Positions 18,691-29,515 of a DNA stretch of 60,040 nucleotides are shown one piece after another. The notes under the pieces were generated by a model. It saw only the letters and a program-made list of their open reading frames with translations, was not told where the DNA came from and made no database searches. The position numbers and the translations under genes are program-made. This DNA comes from a virus (taxonomy: Duplodnaviria; Caudoviricetes). Every line of letters begins with the position of its first letter. Position 1 is the stretch's first letter. Location of the stretch: positions 1 to 60,040 of the IMG/VR virus record IMGVR_UViG_3300025154_000101. The stretch is one strand, 5' to 3'.

Positions 18691-18760
18691 TCCGGACTTG
18701 TGACCGAACCCCTTCGGGTGTGCATTACCGGGCAGTCCTCCATGCTGCCGTCACTCTGCA
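18691..18760 (-). ncRNA. Twister ribozyme, circularly permuted
   Basis: Minus strand TGCAGAGTGAC-GGCAG..CTGCC-CGGTAATGCA-CACCCGAAGGGGT-TCGGTCACAAGTCCGG; conserved UAA cleavage loop, GAGUG, UCACAAG loop and GUGA/UCAC pseudoknot. Confidence 0.8.
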
Positions 18761-18906
18761 TTATTTCAAACCTGCCATTATGGATCTGTTTACCGCAATG
18801 ATCCGCATGAATTTAATTTTAAGCTCGTAGTCCTTGCGGTACTGCTCATTGGTAGCCATTTTTACAAGGTGGATAAGTTTAGGCATATGAGGAAACCTCC
18901 ATTCTT

Positions 18907-19182
18907 TTAATATTCGCTTGGTAATAATACCGTTGTATAAGACCTGTCTGCTTCTGTGATAATCCAAACCTTTTCGCCTGAAATACTCTTATAACTTGAT
19001 AAAAGCCTGTCGCCATCTTGAAGTGCTTCCTCGTTTACTTGTGCATCATCCGGGCAAATATCGCCCCAGTCCCCGAAGCTATGGCGCATGATTAAAGTGT
19101 CAATCTCAAGATGCCCCAATAAATTGATTGCTGCCGGTGTGGCCACAACTCTACCGAGTGGAAATTTCGACTTGACCTGCAT
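18907..19182 (-). CDS. Conserved mobile-element small protein
   Basis: FPLGRVVATPAA...RH..GDWG...N..A...G.R.LS.Y...VWIITEADRS.TTVLLP.EY, a pattern I recall from plasmids/ICEs. Confidence 0.7.
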   Translation of the reverse strand: MQVKSKFPLGRVVATPAAINLLGHLEIDTLIMRHSFGDWGDICPDDAQVNEEALQDGDRLLSSYKSISGEKVWIITEADRSYTTVLLPSEY

Positions 19183-19197
19183 ATAAACCCCTCACTT

Positions 19198-19449
19198 TCA
19201 TACTTTTTGAGTACGGGCTGCCTGAGATATCTTGTATGCTGTCTCAACTATAAAAGCCATAAAATCGTTTGTCATAAATGCTCTGGGATTCTCTTCCTTT
19301 GCCTTGATTTTCAAACGTGTTTCCTTTACACTTTCTTCCGTCATGCTCCTATAGCCCACATCAAGCAAATGACTTACTGCCATTATAAAATACGGCAGTC
19401 CGACATCATTAAGGATACCTTCCAACTTTGGATTATTGACTTTTTTCAT
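19198..19449 (-). CDS. Hypothetical protein
   Basis: RBS GGAGGT. Confidence 0.6.
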   Translation of the reverse strand: MKKVNNPKLEGILNDVGLPYFIMAVSHLLDVGYRSMTEESVKETRLKIKAKEENPRAFMTNDFMAFIVETAYKISQAARTQKV

Positions 19450-19521
19450 ATAAATACCTCCATAAATTTATTTGTTCTGGCTTAAAACCATTATCCGGCC
19501 TGCAATTGTGGGGGATTGTTT

Positions 19522-19794
19522 TCATCTCTCAAATATCGTTACACATGCTCTGTTAAGTTCAAACGCTATTGACGTAATGCCGTAATCTGTAATGCTATGC
19601 TCTTTAATGTTCTTGGCCATTTCAATTATGTCTTTTGTACTCAAATTTTCTATTCTGTCGAATTTCATAAGATATTCATATTCTTCATTAGTTCCGCAAG
19701 TATACCAATTTTTCTCTACGCATAAGGCTCTAATAAGTTCCCTTGTGATAGTTCTTTTTTCAACATATATCATATCTGTCACGCTCCTATTCAT
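19522..19794 (-). CDS. Hypothetical protein
   Basis: ORF in the minus-strand operon. Confidence 0.55.
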   Translation of the reverse strand: MNRSVTDMIYVEKRTITRELIRALCVEKNWYTCGTNEEYEYLMKFDRIENLSTKDIIEMAKNIKEHSITDYGITSIAFELNRACVTIFER

Positions 19795-20022
19795 ATTTTT
19801 GTTTTTGCAGGCTCGATAATGGTCTTAAGATTCAAGCTTCTCCGTCCCGCTCCGCCTATACTGTGCTATGCACTTCGGCGTATATCCTGCTATCAGGTTC
19901 ATCGGGAGAAACTTTTAAGTTGTCAATGTGCTGCGTTCGATAGCTTTATGATACACCCACATTACACCCAATACAACCGCAAAATAAAACCGCTACGGTT
20001 AAATAGCGGCAATTTGGATTAA

Positions 20023-20271
20023 TTATTTCGGGTTTAACTCGCTCAATCTCAAAATATCTCCGTTTTTTAAGTTTTTTCGGAATTCTGCAATTTCTTCTTT
20101 CCGGCTCCGATACTCTGCATTTATCAGGTTTGTAACGGTTTGAGATAACGTTAATGAATCTAAATCAGCCAAGTCGACAAGTTTATTTTTTATTGCTGGC
20201 GGAAATCGAAAAGTTGTTTTCGGCGTTTCCTTTGGTATTTGTAAGTATTCGTTTTTGTTTGTTCGTTTCAT
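20023..20271 (-). CDS. Ribbon-helix-helix-type regulator
   Basis: TTFRFPPAIKNKLVDLA..DSLTLSQTVTNLI; RBS GGAGGG; promoter TTGACC-17-TACAAT. Confidence 0.6.
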   Translation of the reverse strand: MKRTNKNEYLQIPKETPKTTFRFPPAIKNKLVDLADLDSLTLSQTVTNLINAEYRSRKEEIAEFRKNLKNGDILRLSELNPK

Positions 20272-20392
20272 AAGCGCCCTCCTTTGTAATACATTGTACA
20301 CCCAACAGCATATATGGTCAAGAGGGAAACAGCAGAGCGGGAAAACAAGGTAAAATTATAGTAGGATACAAATAATGTAGGAGAGTGATAAC

Positions 20393-20926
20393 ATGGCAAG
20401 ACCGCCTAAATATACAGATGCAGATATTGATGAGGTACAAAGATTGATAGATCAATATTTTATTGATTGTGACGGCAAGCCGATTATGGTAAAAGACCCT
20501 GACACCGGTGAGGATATACCCTATTTAGATAAGTATGGACAGCCTGTAATGATTGGCGTAAGACCAGCAACGGTAACGGGATTATGTATCGCGCTGGGAT
20601 TTACTACCAGGCAAGCGCTAATTAATTATGAGGATGAGGGTAGAGATAATCCGTTGTTAGTAGACGCTATTACACGCGCAAAGCTTAGATGTCACCAGTA
20701 TGCGGAGGCTAGGCTCTATGACAAGGATGGCGCAAATGGTGCAAAATTCAGCCTTGCAAATAATTTTGGTTGGGTTGATCGCTCTGAAGTAATACAACAC
20801 AATGACATATTACTGGAATCATCAGAGGAAAGACGGAATCGGATTCTTGACTACCTGCAACGCCCGATCATTGAAGGTGTGAAAGCGGAATACCAGGTAT
20901 TGCCCGAGCCAGATCAAGATGAATAA
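20393..20926 (+). CDS. terS: Terminase small subunit (P22 gp3-like DNA-packaging protein)
   Basis: MARPPKY...PATVTGLCIALGF...GAKFSLANNFGWVDR. Confidence 0.85.
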   Translation: MARPPKYTDADIDEVQRLIDQYFIDCDGKPIMVKDPDTGEDIPYLDKYGQPVMIGVRPATVTGLCIALGFTTRQALINYEDEGRDNPLLVDAITRAKLRCHQYAEARLYDKDGANGAKFSLANNFGWVDRSEVIQHNDILLESSEERRNRILDYLQRPIIEGVKAEYQVLPEPDQDE

Positions 20927-20947
20927 AAAAGGGGCTTTTTAGCCCCT
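20926..20947. terminator. Terminator hairpin between convergent genes
   Basis: AAAAA-GGGGCT-TTTT-AGCCCC. Confidence 0.6.
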
Positions 20948-21237
20948 CATATTTCTATATTGTGTATTTGCTCACCCTTATCATTAGTTATTCCCTTGCC
21001 GGATATCTTTATATTAAATTTTCTCTCCAAACCCTTTATGTCCAAACCGAGCAGTTTATAGTATAGTGTTAAAAGTCTGCTAGATATTTCATATTCCGTC
21101 ATGCCTTTATTGTCTGCGTATTTTATCCCCACGCTGTTAGCAAATCCTACAGATATGCGAATATTTGTTAAGTTGTATTCGATGCCGAGCGTGAATTTTT
21201 CTCCCCTGTAGTCCCATGTTTTGTTTCTTATGCTCAT
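20947..21237 (-). CDS. Hypothetical protein
   Basis: RBS GGAGGA; co-directional with the recombinase. Confidence 0.6.
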   Translation of the reverse strand: MSIRNKTWDYRGEKFTLGIEYNLTNIRISVGFANSVGIKYADNKGMTEYEISSRLLTLYYKLLGLDIKGLERKFNIKISGKGITNDKGEQIHNIEI

Positions 21238-21248
21238 TTTAAATCCTC

Positions 21249-21794
21249 CTATAAATTCAAATTAATATAGATGTTTTTGATATCGTCCTGGGTAATACCG
21301 ATGTACCGCAAAGTTATGGATGGCGCGCTGTGATTAAACGCCTGCTGCAATAATGTAATGTCAATACCCTGTTTGTAAGCCCAATAACCGAAAGTCTTTC
21401 TTAATGTATGGGTTCCAATGTTGATATCAAGCCTTGCTTTTTTTGCGGCATCATTAAGTATTGTCCATGCTTGAACTCTTGATATAGGTTGATTGACCCC
21501 CTTCCGGCTGTAGAATATAAAATCATTGTCTTTCAGTTTTCCATTGCCCAAATAGGTTTTTACCGCTTTGCAGGTTGTGTCATTAAGTGTTATGATTCTT
21601 TGCTTGCCTGTCTTAGATTCTTTCAACTTAATAGATTGTCCTGCAACATCTTTCACTCTTAAACCCAACAGATCAGATATTCTAAGCCCTGTATTAATGC
21701 CCAGTGTAAATAAAAGCAAGTCTCTCTCATTTGTAAAGCTCTTTTTCATTTTCTCAATCTGTCTCTTATCCTTGATTGCTCCGACCTCATTCAT
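21249..21794 (-). CDS. Small catalytic-domain-only tyrosine recombinase
   Basis: TGLRISD (R), K, HTLRKTF (HxxR), NHS, TLRYIG (Y). Confidence 0.92.
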   Translation of the reverse strand: MNEVGAIKDKRQIEKMKKSFTNERDLLLFTLGINTGLRISDLLGLRVKDVAGQSIKLKESKTGKQRIITLNDTTCKAVKTYLGNGKLKDNDFIFYSRKGVNQPISRVQAWTILNDAAKKARLDINIGTHTLRKTFGYWAYKQGIDITLLQQAFNHSAPSITLRYIGITQDDIKNIYINLNL

Positions 21795-21931
21795 TTCCTC
21801 GCCTCCTTTCAATATAACTTAACCTTATCTTATTGTATGCTATTGTGTTAGATTCGTAAAGCCTTGAAACAAATGATTGCACTTGATAATAGCCGTTAAT
21901 GCCTTGATAATGCGGCATTATCTTCTGTTTT

Positions 21932-21966
21932 CTCAATCTAACTCATTCTTATTGTGTTAGATTGAG
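21932..21966. other. Putative recombination site of the adjacent tyrosine recombinase
   Basis: CTCAATCTAACTCA-TTCTTAT-TGTGTTAGATTGAG inverted repeat; a second right arm TATTGTGTTAGATT at 21841. Confidence 0.6.
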
Positions 21967-22381
21967 TTTGCTACAGTGTACCAGTCCCGGCATAGGGGGG
22001 GTAGGTCTGTTTTGGCTGGAGAGGCGGAAGGCTTCGAGGGGTGGGGTTTGTTCGACGGTGGTAGGTATAGGTACCCGCTTGACGCTATGCTTCTTCACCA
22101 ATGTCAAAAAAGTTTCCTGCTTTTCCCCTTTCGACTATTCTTGCTCGGTAAAATCAGTGCCCGTCTTTTCGGTGATAAAATTGAGGTGTGGGAGATAAGT
22201 TCGCGTGGGGTTTTCAATCCAGACTAAGAGGAAAGTCCATAGCCACGATTAGCCCGGCAGTAGAGATTGAGTCAAAAGATATGTCCATATTTCGGTATAT
22301 ATAATGCCTTTTTTGTATCGTTTTCTGGACATATGAAGCTGGAGGCATTGAAAATAAAAGGTTTAAAGGAGATTTCTATAT

Positions 22382-22951
22382 ATGAGCCAAGCTAAAGAAC
22401 CAAAAGCGCACGTTGTGAGTAAGGCGACCGGGGAAATAGTAACCGATCTGTATGAGGGTGATAGTATCCTACGAAAAGAAAGCAAGGAAGCGCATAGAAA
22501 AAATGAGGACTCTAAGAATGAATCTAAAAAAGCCTCTGAAACATTAGTCTGGAGTATGCAGAACTTTATGAAAATGAACACGGTTGAAGTCCGATTGTGG
22601 ATGGATGAATTAAGTCAAGCTGAAAAAGCCTTTTTGTTCTCAATAGTCCCATGCGTTTCCTTTGATGATTGCCATTTGCAGACCCATTCAGGGGAAGATA
22701 TCGGAACAGAAGATCTTATCAAAATTGCTAACATGTCACGTGGCCTTCTCTATGAAACCATTAAATCGCTGGCCAAAAAAGACATTATTTATCGGGGTAA
22801 AAACTCTAAAAACCGTCAGTATTTTGTGAATCCATGGCTTTTCTGTAAAGGAAATCGTATCAATAAGGTGCTTAAAACAATGTTCAAAAACTATAGAATC
22901 AAAATTCTTGGTGGGAAGCAATGGAAATACGTAAAAGACGGCAAGGAGTAA
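22382..22951 (+). CDS. RepL-like replication/maintenance (wHTH) protein
   Basis: GEIV N-terminus, HTH, YFVNPWLFCKG motif resembling the Firmicute RepL family. Confidence 0.65.
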   Translation: MSQAKEPKAHVVSKATGEIVTDLYEGDSILRKESKEAHRKNEDSKNESKKASETLVWSMQNFMKMNTVEVRLWMDELSQAEKAFLFSIVPCVSFDDCHLQTHSGEDIGTEDLIKIANMSRGLLYETIKSLAKKDIIYRGKNSKNRQYFVNPWLFCKGNRINKVLKTMFKNYRIKILGGKQWKYVKDGKE

Positions 22952-22955
22952 CCTT

Positions 22956-23249
22956 ATGATCGACATAACCGCCCACTCCCACAGTCGCATAAAACAACGC
23001 TGCGGAAAGTCCATGGACAGAATCGCCACAATAGCCTTTAACCGTGGCCTGACCCATTCTGAGACAAGCAGAATCCTGCGGCAGTATATATCGTCTCTAT
23101 GCGATTACAATGGTGAGGCGAACAATATACGGCTGTATGGCGACAAGACTTATATATTTTGCAACGAGGTGCTTGTGACCGTTTACAATACACCGAAAAA
23201 GTACCTTCCCATAGTCAGGAAATTAATGAATCGGAGGGAATATGGCTGA
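22956..23249 (+). CDS. Hypothetical protein, possible RelE/DUF4258-like fold
   Basis: TAHSHSRIKQR N-terminus and LVTVY C-terminus. Confidence 0.45.
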   Translation: MIDITAHSHSRIKQRCGKSMDRIATIAFNRGLTHSETSRILRQYISSLCDYNGEANNIRLYGDKTYIFCNEVLVTVYNTPKKYLPIVRKLMNRREYG

Positions 23250-24834
23250 AAATTCACAATATTTAACCCAAGAAGAAAGACTCCACCTACTGAAGCTGAT
23301 TGAAAATAAGCAGGTGACGGAGGAAGAAGAAAAAAACATATTGGCGGTCCTTGAAGCCGAAGAAAAGGACCATTGTAAAAACAGTTGTGAATATTTCATC
23401 GACAGTCTGGTTTACATTGAGGATAAGGACGTGCCCGGAACTGTAGTAAAGTTCTCGATGTGGCCGGGACAGCGCAATGTCATATCTGCTTTTATTGTCC
23501 AAAGACTTAGTATCATTCTTAAAGCCCGACAATTAGGATTAACATGGCTTGCACTCGCTTATGCGGTATGGTGCATGATATACCGCGCTGGTTTTGCGGT
23601 GGTTGGTCTTTCCCGCGGCGATACCGAAGCAATGGAAATGGTTGAACGTGTAGCTTTTATTCTTAGATACTTGCCAAAGTGGTTAATCAGGGACAAAAAA
23701 GAGGTTCCCAAAAGTTACAGAGGGCTTACATACGAAATTACGGCACATTTAATTACCATAAATCATCCTGGTTCAGAAGCGGCGACATTTAAAGCGTTTG
23801 CAGCCTCTCCTGATAGTGGACGTTCCTTCACGGCTAACCTTGTCATAATCGATGAATGGGCATTCCAAGCTTTTGCAGAAGCTATTTGGACTTCTGCATA
23901 CCCCACAATTAACCGTCCTACTGGCGGTCAAGTAATAGGGCTTTCTTCAGGCAAAAGAAATACATGGTTTGAATTCTTGTGGAACCAAGCCAAGTCAGGT
24001 AAAAACTCATTCTTTCCTATTTTCCTCAATTGGCGAACAGATCCCCGAAGGGACGATAGGTGGTATGCGGACACGAAGTCCAACCTTCCAAATACTTATA
24101 AGCAAGAGTATCCTTCCACTGAATCGGAAGCTTTTGCTGTTGGCCAAGGCGCATTCTTTGAAGAATTCAGCGATGAAATCCATGTGCCCGAAAAACATTG
24201 GGAACCTCCACATGACAGAAGATGGCCTATCATGGGAAGTTATGACCCTGGATTCAGTTCAAATGCCTGTTTCAAGTGGTATACTGTTTCACCTGATGGA
24301 TGGGCAAGGTGTTTCCGTGAATATTATCCCCACAGGACTACCGATATGGAGCAGGTTAAAGAGATTCTTAAGCGGTCAGTTTATGCAGATGGTTCCAATA
24401 TGGACTTTTATTACATTGTAGCCGATTCCGATGCGTGGACACCTTCTAGGGATTCAGGAAAAAGCACAGCAACTATATTTGCCGAAAATGGATTATCAAT
24501 GCGACAGGCCGACAAAGACCTTTCTAATGGTTGGAGAAGGCTTCATGAATGGTTACGGCCTTTTGTTGGCAAAGATGGGAAAACCATGGAAGCATTATTG
24601 ACCTTTACATATGACTGTGCAAATACAATTCGGTGCTATCCCGCGGCAGAACAATCAAAAACTAATCCAGAGGACATAAGCAACGCAAGTGAGCATCATG
24701 CCATTGACTGTGACAGATATTTTGTAATGTCCCGGCCATTGCCAATTGCTGATGAAGCCGAAAGAGCAAGGCGTAACTTTGACGAAGATACCGAACGCAG
24801 GAACGATTCAGACGATGATAGCCCGTTTAATTAG
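23242..24834 (+). CDS. terL: Terminase large subunit
   Basis: LKARQLGLTW Walker A variant, VIIDEWAF Walker B, QEYP, nuclease motifs YDPG and HAIDCDRY. Confidence 0.93.
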   Translation: MAENSQYLTQEERLHLLKLIENKQVTEEEEKNILAVLEAEEKDHCKNSCEYFIDSLVYIEDKDVPGTVVKFSMWPGQRNVISAFIVQRLSIILKARQLGLTWLALAYAVWCMIYRAGFAVVGLSRGDTEAMEMVERVAFILRYLPKWLIRDKKEVPKSYRGLTYEITAHLITINHPGSEAATFKAFAASPDSGRSFTANLVIIDEWAFQAFAEAIWTSAYPTINRPTGGQVIGLSSGKRNTWFEFLWNQAKSGKNSFFPIFLNWRTDPRRDDRWYADTKSNLPNTYKQEYPSTESEAFAVGQGAFFEEFSDEIHVPEKHWEPPHDRRWPIMGSYDPGFSSNACFKWYTVSPDGWARCFREYYPHRTTDMEQVKEILKRSVYADGSNMDFYYIVADSDAWTPSRDSGKSTATIFAENGLSMRQADKDLSNGWRRLHEWLRPFVGKDGKTMEALLTFTYDCANTIRCYPAAEQSKTNPEDISNASEHHAIDCDRYFVMSRPLPIADEAERARRNFDEDTERRNDSDDDSPFN

Positions 24835-27272
24835 GCGAAGATAGCAGCGCAAAATTCCGTGATACAATTATTTTGAAGGGAGATGTCTGAGAGATGTCCA
24901 AAACCAATACAATAAATCAAAACAGTTCATTTGAATTAAGATTCAATCATGCCACAGGTCTATTTTCATTTAAGGAACTCAATTTCACATTTGAAGATGC
25001 AATTTGCTTATGCCGTTTTATACCCCAAATGGCATTTAAAATTGCTGAAGAAAATCCAGAAAAGTACGGTTGGATGATTGGTAAGAATTTTTCAGGCAAT
25101 AGCATTGGAAGTGTTGGCAAGGAGGCATCCCATGAAGCGTAGAATTTCCGTAGAGGATTTAAACCAACTCACAGAGGAACAGAAGCAGAAACTAAGGGAA
25201 TGGTGGAAACCTGCTGATGGCGATTGGTTTTATGGTTGTCATGGCGACTGCAAAGAGGATGAATGTCCTTGTTCTTTTTATAGAGCAAAAGAGTTTATAC
25301 TTAGCCCGTATATTGTTGATAGCGGTCATTACGGTGCAAGTTTAAGCGAATCTCCACATTCAAAAGATGCACTTCCCCTACTTGACATATCTCAAATGAT
25401 TGAACTGCTTTTTGAAAAAGAACCAAGACATGGTTTTGACATCGACTTCGATCATTGCAACTTCACAAAAGAGGATGAAATATGTGACCGACTGTGGGGG
25501 GAGGTAATAAAAGTACTATGATGTGGCACATCAAGATTACCTTATGGCAAAGAATCAAGCACATATTTGGAATCCATGTACGGATGCAATGGGTAGACGG
25601 AAGAGTGACCTGCCTTATATGCAAAAAGACCCTGCATAATCCGAACATAAAGACTTACGAGGCAGGAGAGCACTTGTGTTATGGCGACCTTGTAACGTTC
25701 GGTCGAGACGGTAAAGTATATAAAGCAAATTTAAAGGAGGACTTATGAGCGAAATAAGGCGCAATGTATTTGAATGCAATGTATGTGGTGCGAGACGCAG
25801 CGTAGGGCTTGACAGTACAGCAAGTAAAAAAATCATTAAGCAATTTGACAAAGGGTTTTACAATGAAGGTTGGAAAGAACAGAACGGAAAGCAATATTGC
25901 CCCGAACATGCGAAGGAGGATTTATGAGCGTAATTAACTTATCCAAACTAGCTGAAAACAAAGCACTATTCGAGGACGAAATCAGAACCCCGGCACGAGC
26001 AGAAATGGTTGACAAAATTTGTTCCAAGTGCAAAGTTGGCAGGATGAATCAAACCGGCAGGGCAGCACAGCCAGACCCACAACAACCGCCAATATTTGAA
26101 CATATTTGCAGTAAGTGCCGCCATAAAGAGGCATACGGCAAACAGTACCCGAGGGTGGAGTTTATTAAAGTTGAAGCGGAGGAAGGCAATGAAAGTTAAG
26201 TTTGAGTTTGAGAAACCTGAAGATTGTTGCTGGTGTCCGTGCAGCAGCGGGGACATGCTTTGCCAATTATTAGACCACATACACAATACGGAAGGGCTAT
26301 ACCCGTCACCAAAAGAAGAAGGCGGCATAAGGCCCGATTGCCCATTGGTGGTGATGGAGCCGTGATTAACACAATCGCAATCGTAGCAATCCTTATCCTC
26401 TCCAACTGTCTCATGCTCAACTGGGGCATCCGTATCGGCAAAGCTCTGCAGAAGGACATTCCACCCGTGCCATTAGCCGAACCTGTCGAGAAGGCCGCCG
26501 GAATTGTCAAGAAGATAGGCAAGCGTACGGTAAAGCTGATTAACAGCATATCGGAATTGAAGGTAGTCAAGAAAGCGCAGGACAAAGAAACGCCAGATGT
26601 GTGGAACTAAAAGGCCAATGAGCCTATAAGGAGGATTTATCATGTTAAGCGACAAGTTTAAAGGAACAGTATCATACGGCAACTACAAAAAGCTTTGCAA
26701 TTCTACTTATACAAAAGACGATGGGGCATTTACGTTTGAATGCGATAACTTCTCGGTGAAATTTACAATAGCAGAAGCAGTGGCATTCGCCGATATGGTT
26801 GTGTCCCAATTAACAGACTTAGGCAGTATGTGTATACAGCAGCACATGAAACCCGAACTTATAGACTTATATCATAAATCATTAGACGGAAAGTAACTTG
26901 ATACCCACTATCCCCACAACCGAAGTTTGTTTGTGAACGATTTTGAAAGATACAGAAAACCAGTATAAATAAATAGTCTACCGGACTTAAAACAGGAGGA
27001 TTTATTATGCAATGTAAAGACTGTACCCATCAAACAGTATGTATGCACAAAGGCGAATTTGAAAGGCTTGAAGGGCAGCTTCCGGTAACGAGCCTTCCGT
27101 TCAGATCAGCAGTAACATGTTATCTCTACAGGCAGGAACAACCTCAGGCGAGAAGCGGAATACTTGACCAGTTCAAGCAAAAGTAACTCGATGCCTCGGC
27201 ATTTCAGACACCCGAAGTTTGGTTGTTTGGTAGGGGAAAGAATCAAAGAAACAACCGGAAAGGATTGGAGTT

Positions 27273-27584
27273 ATGCAATTACTCATAGCTCACCTTGTAG
27301 GTGATTACCTGTTTCAAAATCGCTGGATGGCGTTGAATAAGCATAAAAACTGGCTTATCTGCCTATTACATTCGTTCATATATGCTTTGTCAGTAATGCT
27401 TATTTGTAACTTTGATTACGGTTGGAAGGTTGGGATTGTATTTTTAAGTCACTTTTATATTGACTACTTCCGCATTGGTGCAAAATGGCGACAATTCTTC
27501 AGCGGTGAAACAGAATTACCTTGGACAATTTTGAGCGACAACACTATGCACTTGCTGATTTTATGGGTATTAAGTTTGATTTAA
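27273..27584 (+). CDS. DUF3307-family membrane protein
   Basis: AHLVGDYLFQ...K...H...H...D...DN..H motif. Confidence 0.8.
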   Translation: MQLLIAHLVGDYLFQNRWMALNKHKNWLICLLHSFIYALSVMLICNFDYGWKVGIVFLSHFYIDYFRIGAKWRQFFSGETELPWTILSDNTMHLLILWVLSLI

Positions 27585-29515
27585 GGGAGGAAAGAAATTT
27601 ATGAGCGATAACGGATGCACGGCAAATTGGCCGGAAGCTGAAAAACTGCAAATATTAGACGAAACACCAAGCCGGACATATGCTGAGTTAAAATTTGAAC
27701 CTGACCCAAACAGCAGTTTACTTGGCATTTTTACAAAAGAGGATAGTCTAAAATTTCTTTACAATGGTACGGTTTTGCATAATGACAGAGAAATTGGCAA
27801 GAATCAGGAGCTTATTGACGAAATGTTGATTTTCTTCAAGAAGGCAAATGCTTAAAGGCTTGAACAGAACATCGAATTCTTTTCCAAGCATGTCCATAAC
27901 GCCGAACTTCCCGAACACATCAAGGATTACGACAGGGTGACGGTCAAGACGGTGCTAAAAGCGATACGGAAGATGGAGAAAGTATGAATAAAATACCGGT
28001 ATGGCTGGCTATTGTAGCTTGTTTTGGGAGTTTTGCATCAGGCGGAATAGTAATGGCTTCGTTTTATAAAATATATAATTTCAAACACAAATAAGGAGAT
28101 CTTATGACCAGAGAACAAATCCTTAAAACCGAATGGAATCCCGAAATAGATGAGCTCTGCAAAAACCGAATGGTTCAGGGATTCTACTCATACGGCCCGA
28201 GAGCAGAGAACTATGGTGGCGGTCTGGTAAATGCCAGGAAGCAAGCTGATGCATACCTTGACATGTACGACAAGACCGGGAACAAGGAAAAGCTGCTTGA
28301 TGCAATTAACCTGCTACGGTGCGAATACGACTTTCCTTCTCACAAGAATCCGCACTTTGATGCTACGAGTGACAGAGGCATATCGGAAATGACTTATAGG
28401 GATTTAGAGGGGTTGTAATTGAAAGGAGAAATTATATGTCAATGTTAATACATAATAGCAATAGCAAACCAGACCTCATGAAACAGAGAAGTATTCAGAT
28501 AAAAGATAGCAATGCAAATGAAATAATAAAAGAAATGCAAGAAGAAGGCTTTTTGGAGGTTATACGAGATTATCAAACCAATGAAATTTTATTTCTCTGC
28601 AGCTATGATATTTGGCACAAAATTATGATTGGAGATGTTCATATTGAAATCAAAAGAAATAACACTTAACTGGAAAGTTATTGATAAAATGGACGAAAAA
28701 GTGCTTAAATGGGGCATTACATTGGATGATAATTTTGGTGCGTTTCTACTAGGAGCAAACATAAATATTGGCGATAATCACTGTTATTTGTGTATATATC
28801 TTGGATTCAAGACTTTGGTTATCGGAAAAGATTATTTTGAAGCGGAGGTAACCAATGCCAACAAAAGAACAGATTGACAAATGGGACAAAAGAAGTATTG
28901 CAGTCGGAATCATCGGAGTGATTGCAATAATATTGGCAGAAGTATTTATAAGATAAACTGGAGGAAACCAATGCAAGGACGTAAAAAGCCATATACAGCA
29001 ATTGGAATCAAACGGTGTAAATGTGTCCGCTGCGGTAAACCAGCTCATGCAGAATGGCAGGCTTGCGCCGATGATAGGCTACACAGACCGTTCTGTAAAC
29101 AGTGCGATATTGAACTAAACGAGCTTGTTTTGAAATGGGTAGGCTTCCCGGATTGGGAAGAGAAGATAAAGCGGTATAGAATGAAGATGGAGGGATGAAA
29201 TGCTACCTAGAGAATTACTTGAACAATTTAGCAAACCGAATGCGTGGGTTGAAATTAATAACCCAGAAGATATAAAAGTTCTTTCGTTTAATCCTGCCAG
29301 GTACGCAATAAACCATTCTCTTATGAAGCCGCACGAAGGAACAGCAAGACAGGAGATTATCAACAATGTTCACAAGAGCATGCAACTGATTCGATTTGAC
29401 TTTGAGTATGAGACTGTTAGGAAATTCGTTAATAACTACTTGGACAAAGTCGGATTCAAAGAAAATATTTGTAATGACATTAATCCTAACTATATTGGGT
29501 TTGTGGAGGTTTAAC

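Noticed and set aside
17040-20320. Invertible segment driven by the serine recombinase
   Set aside because: I could not find inverted repeats at the ends of the reverse-strand block by eye; not excluded
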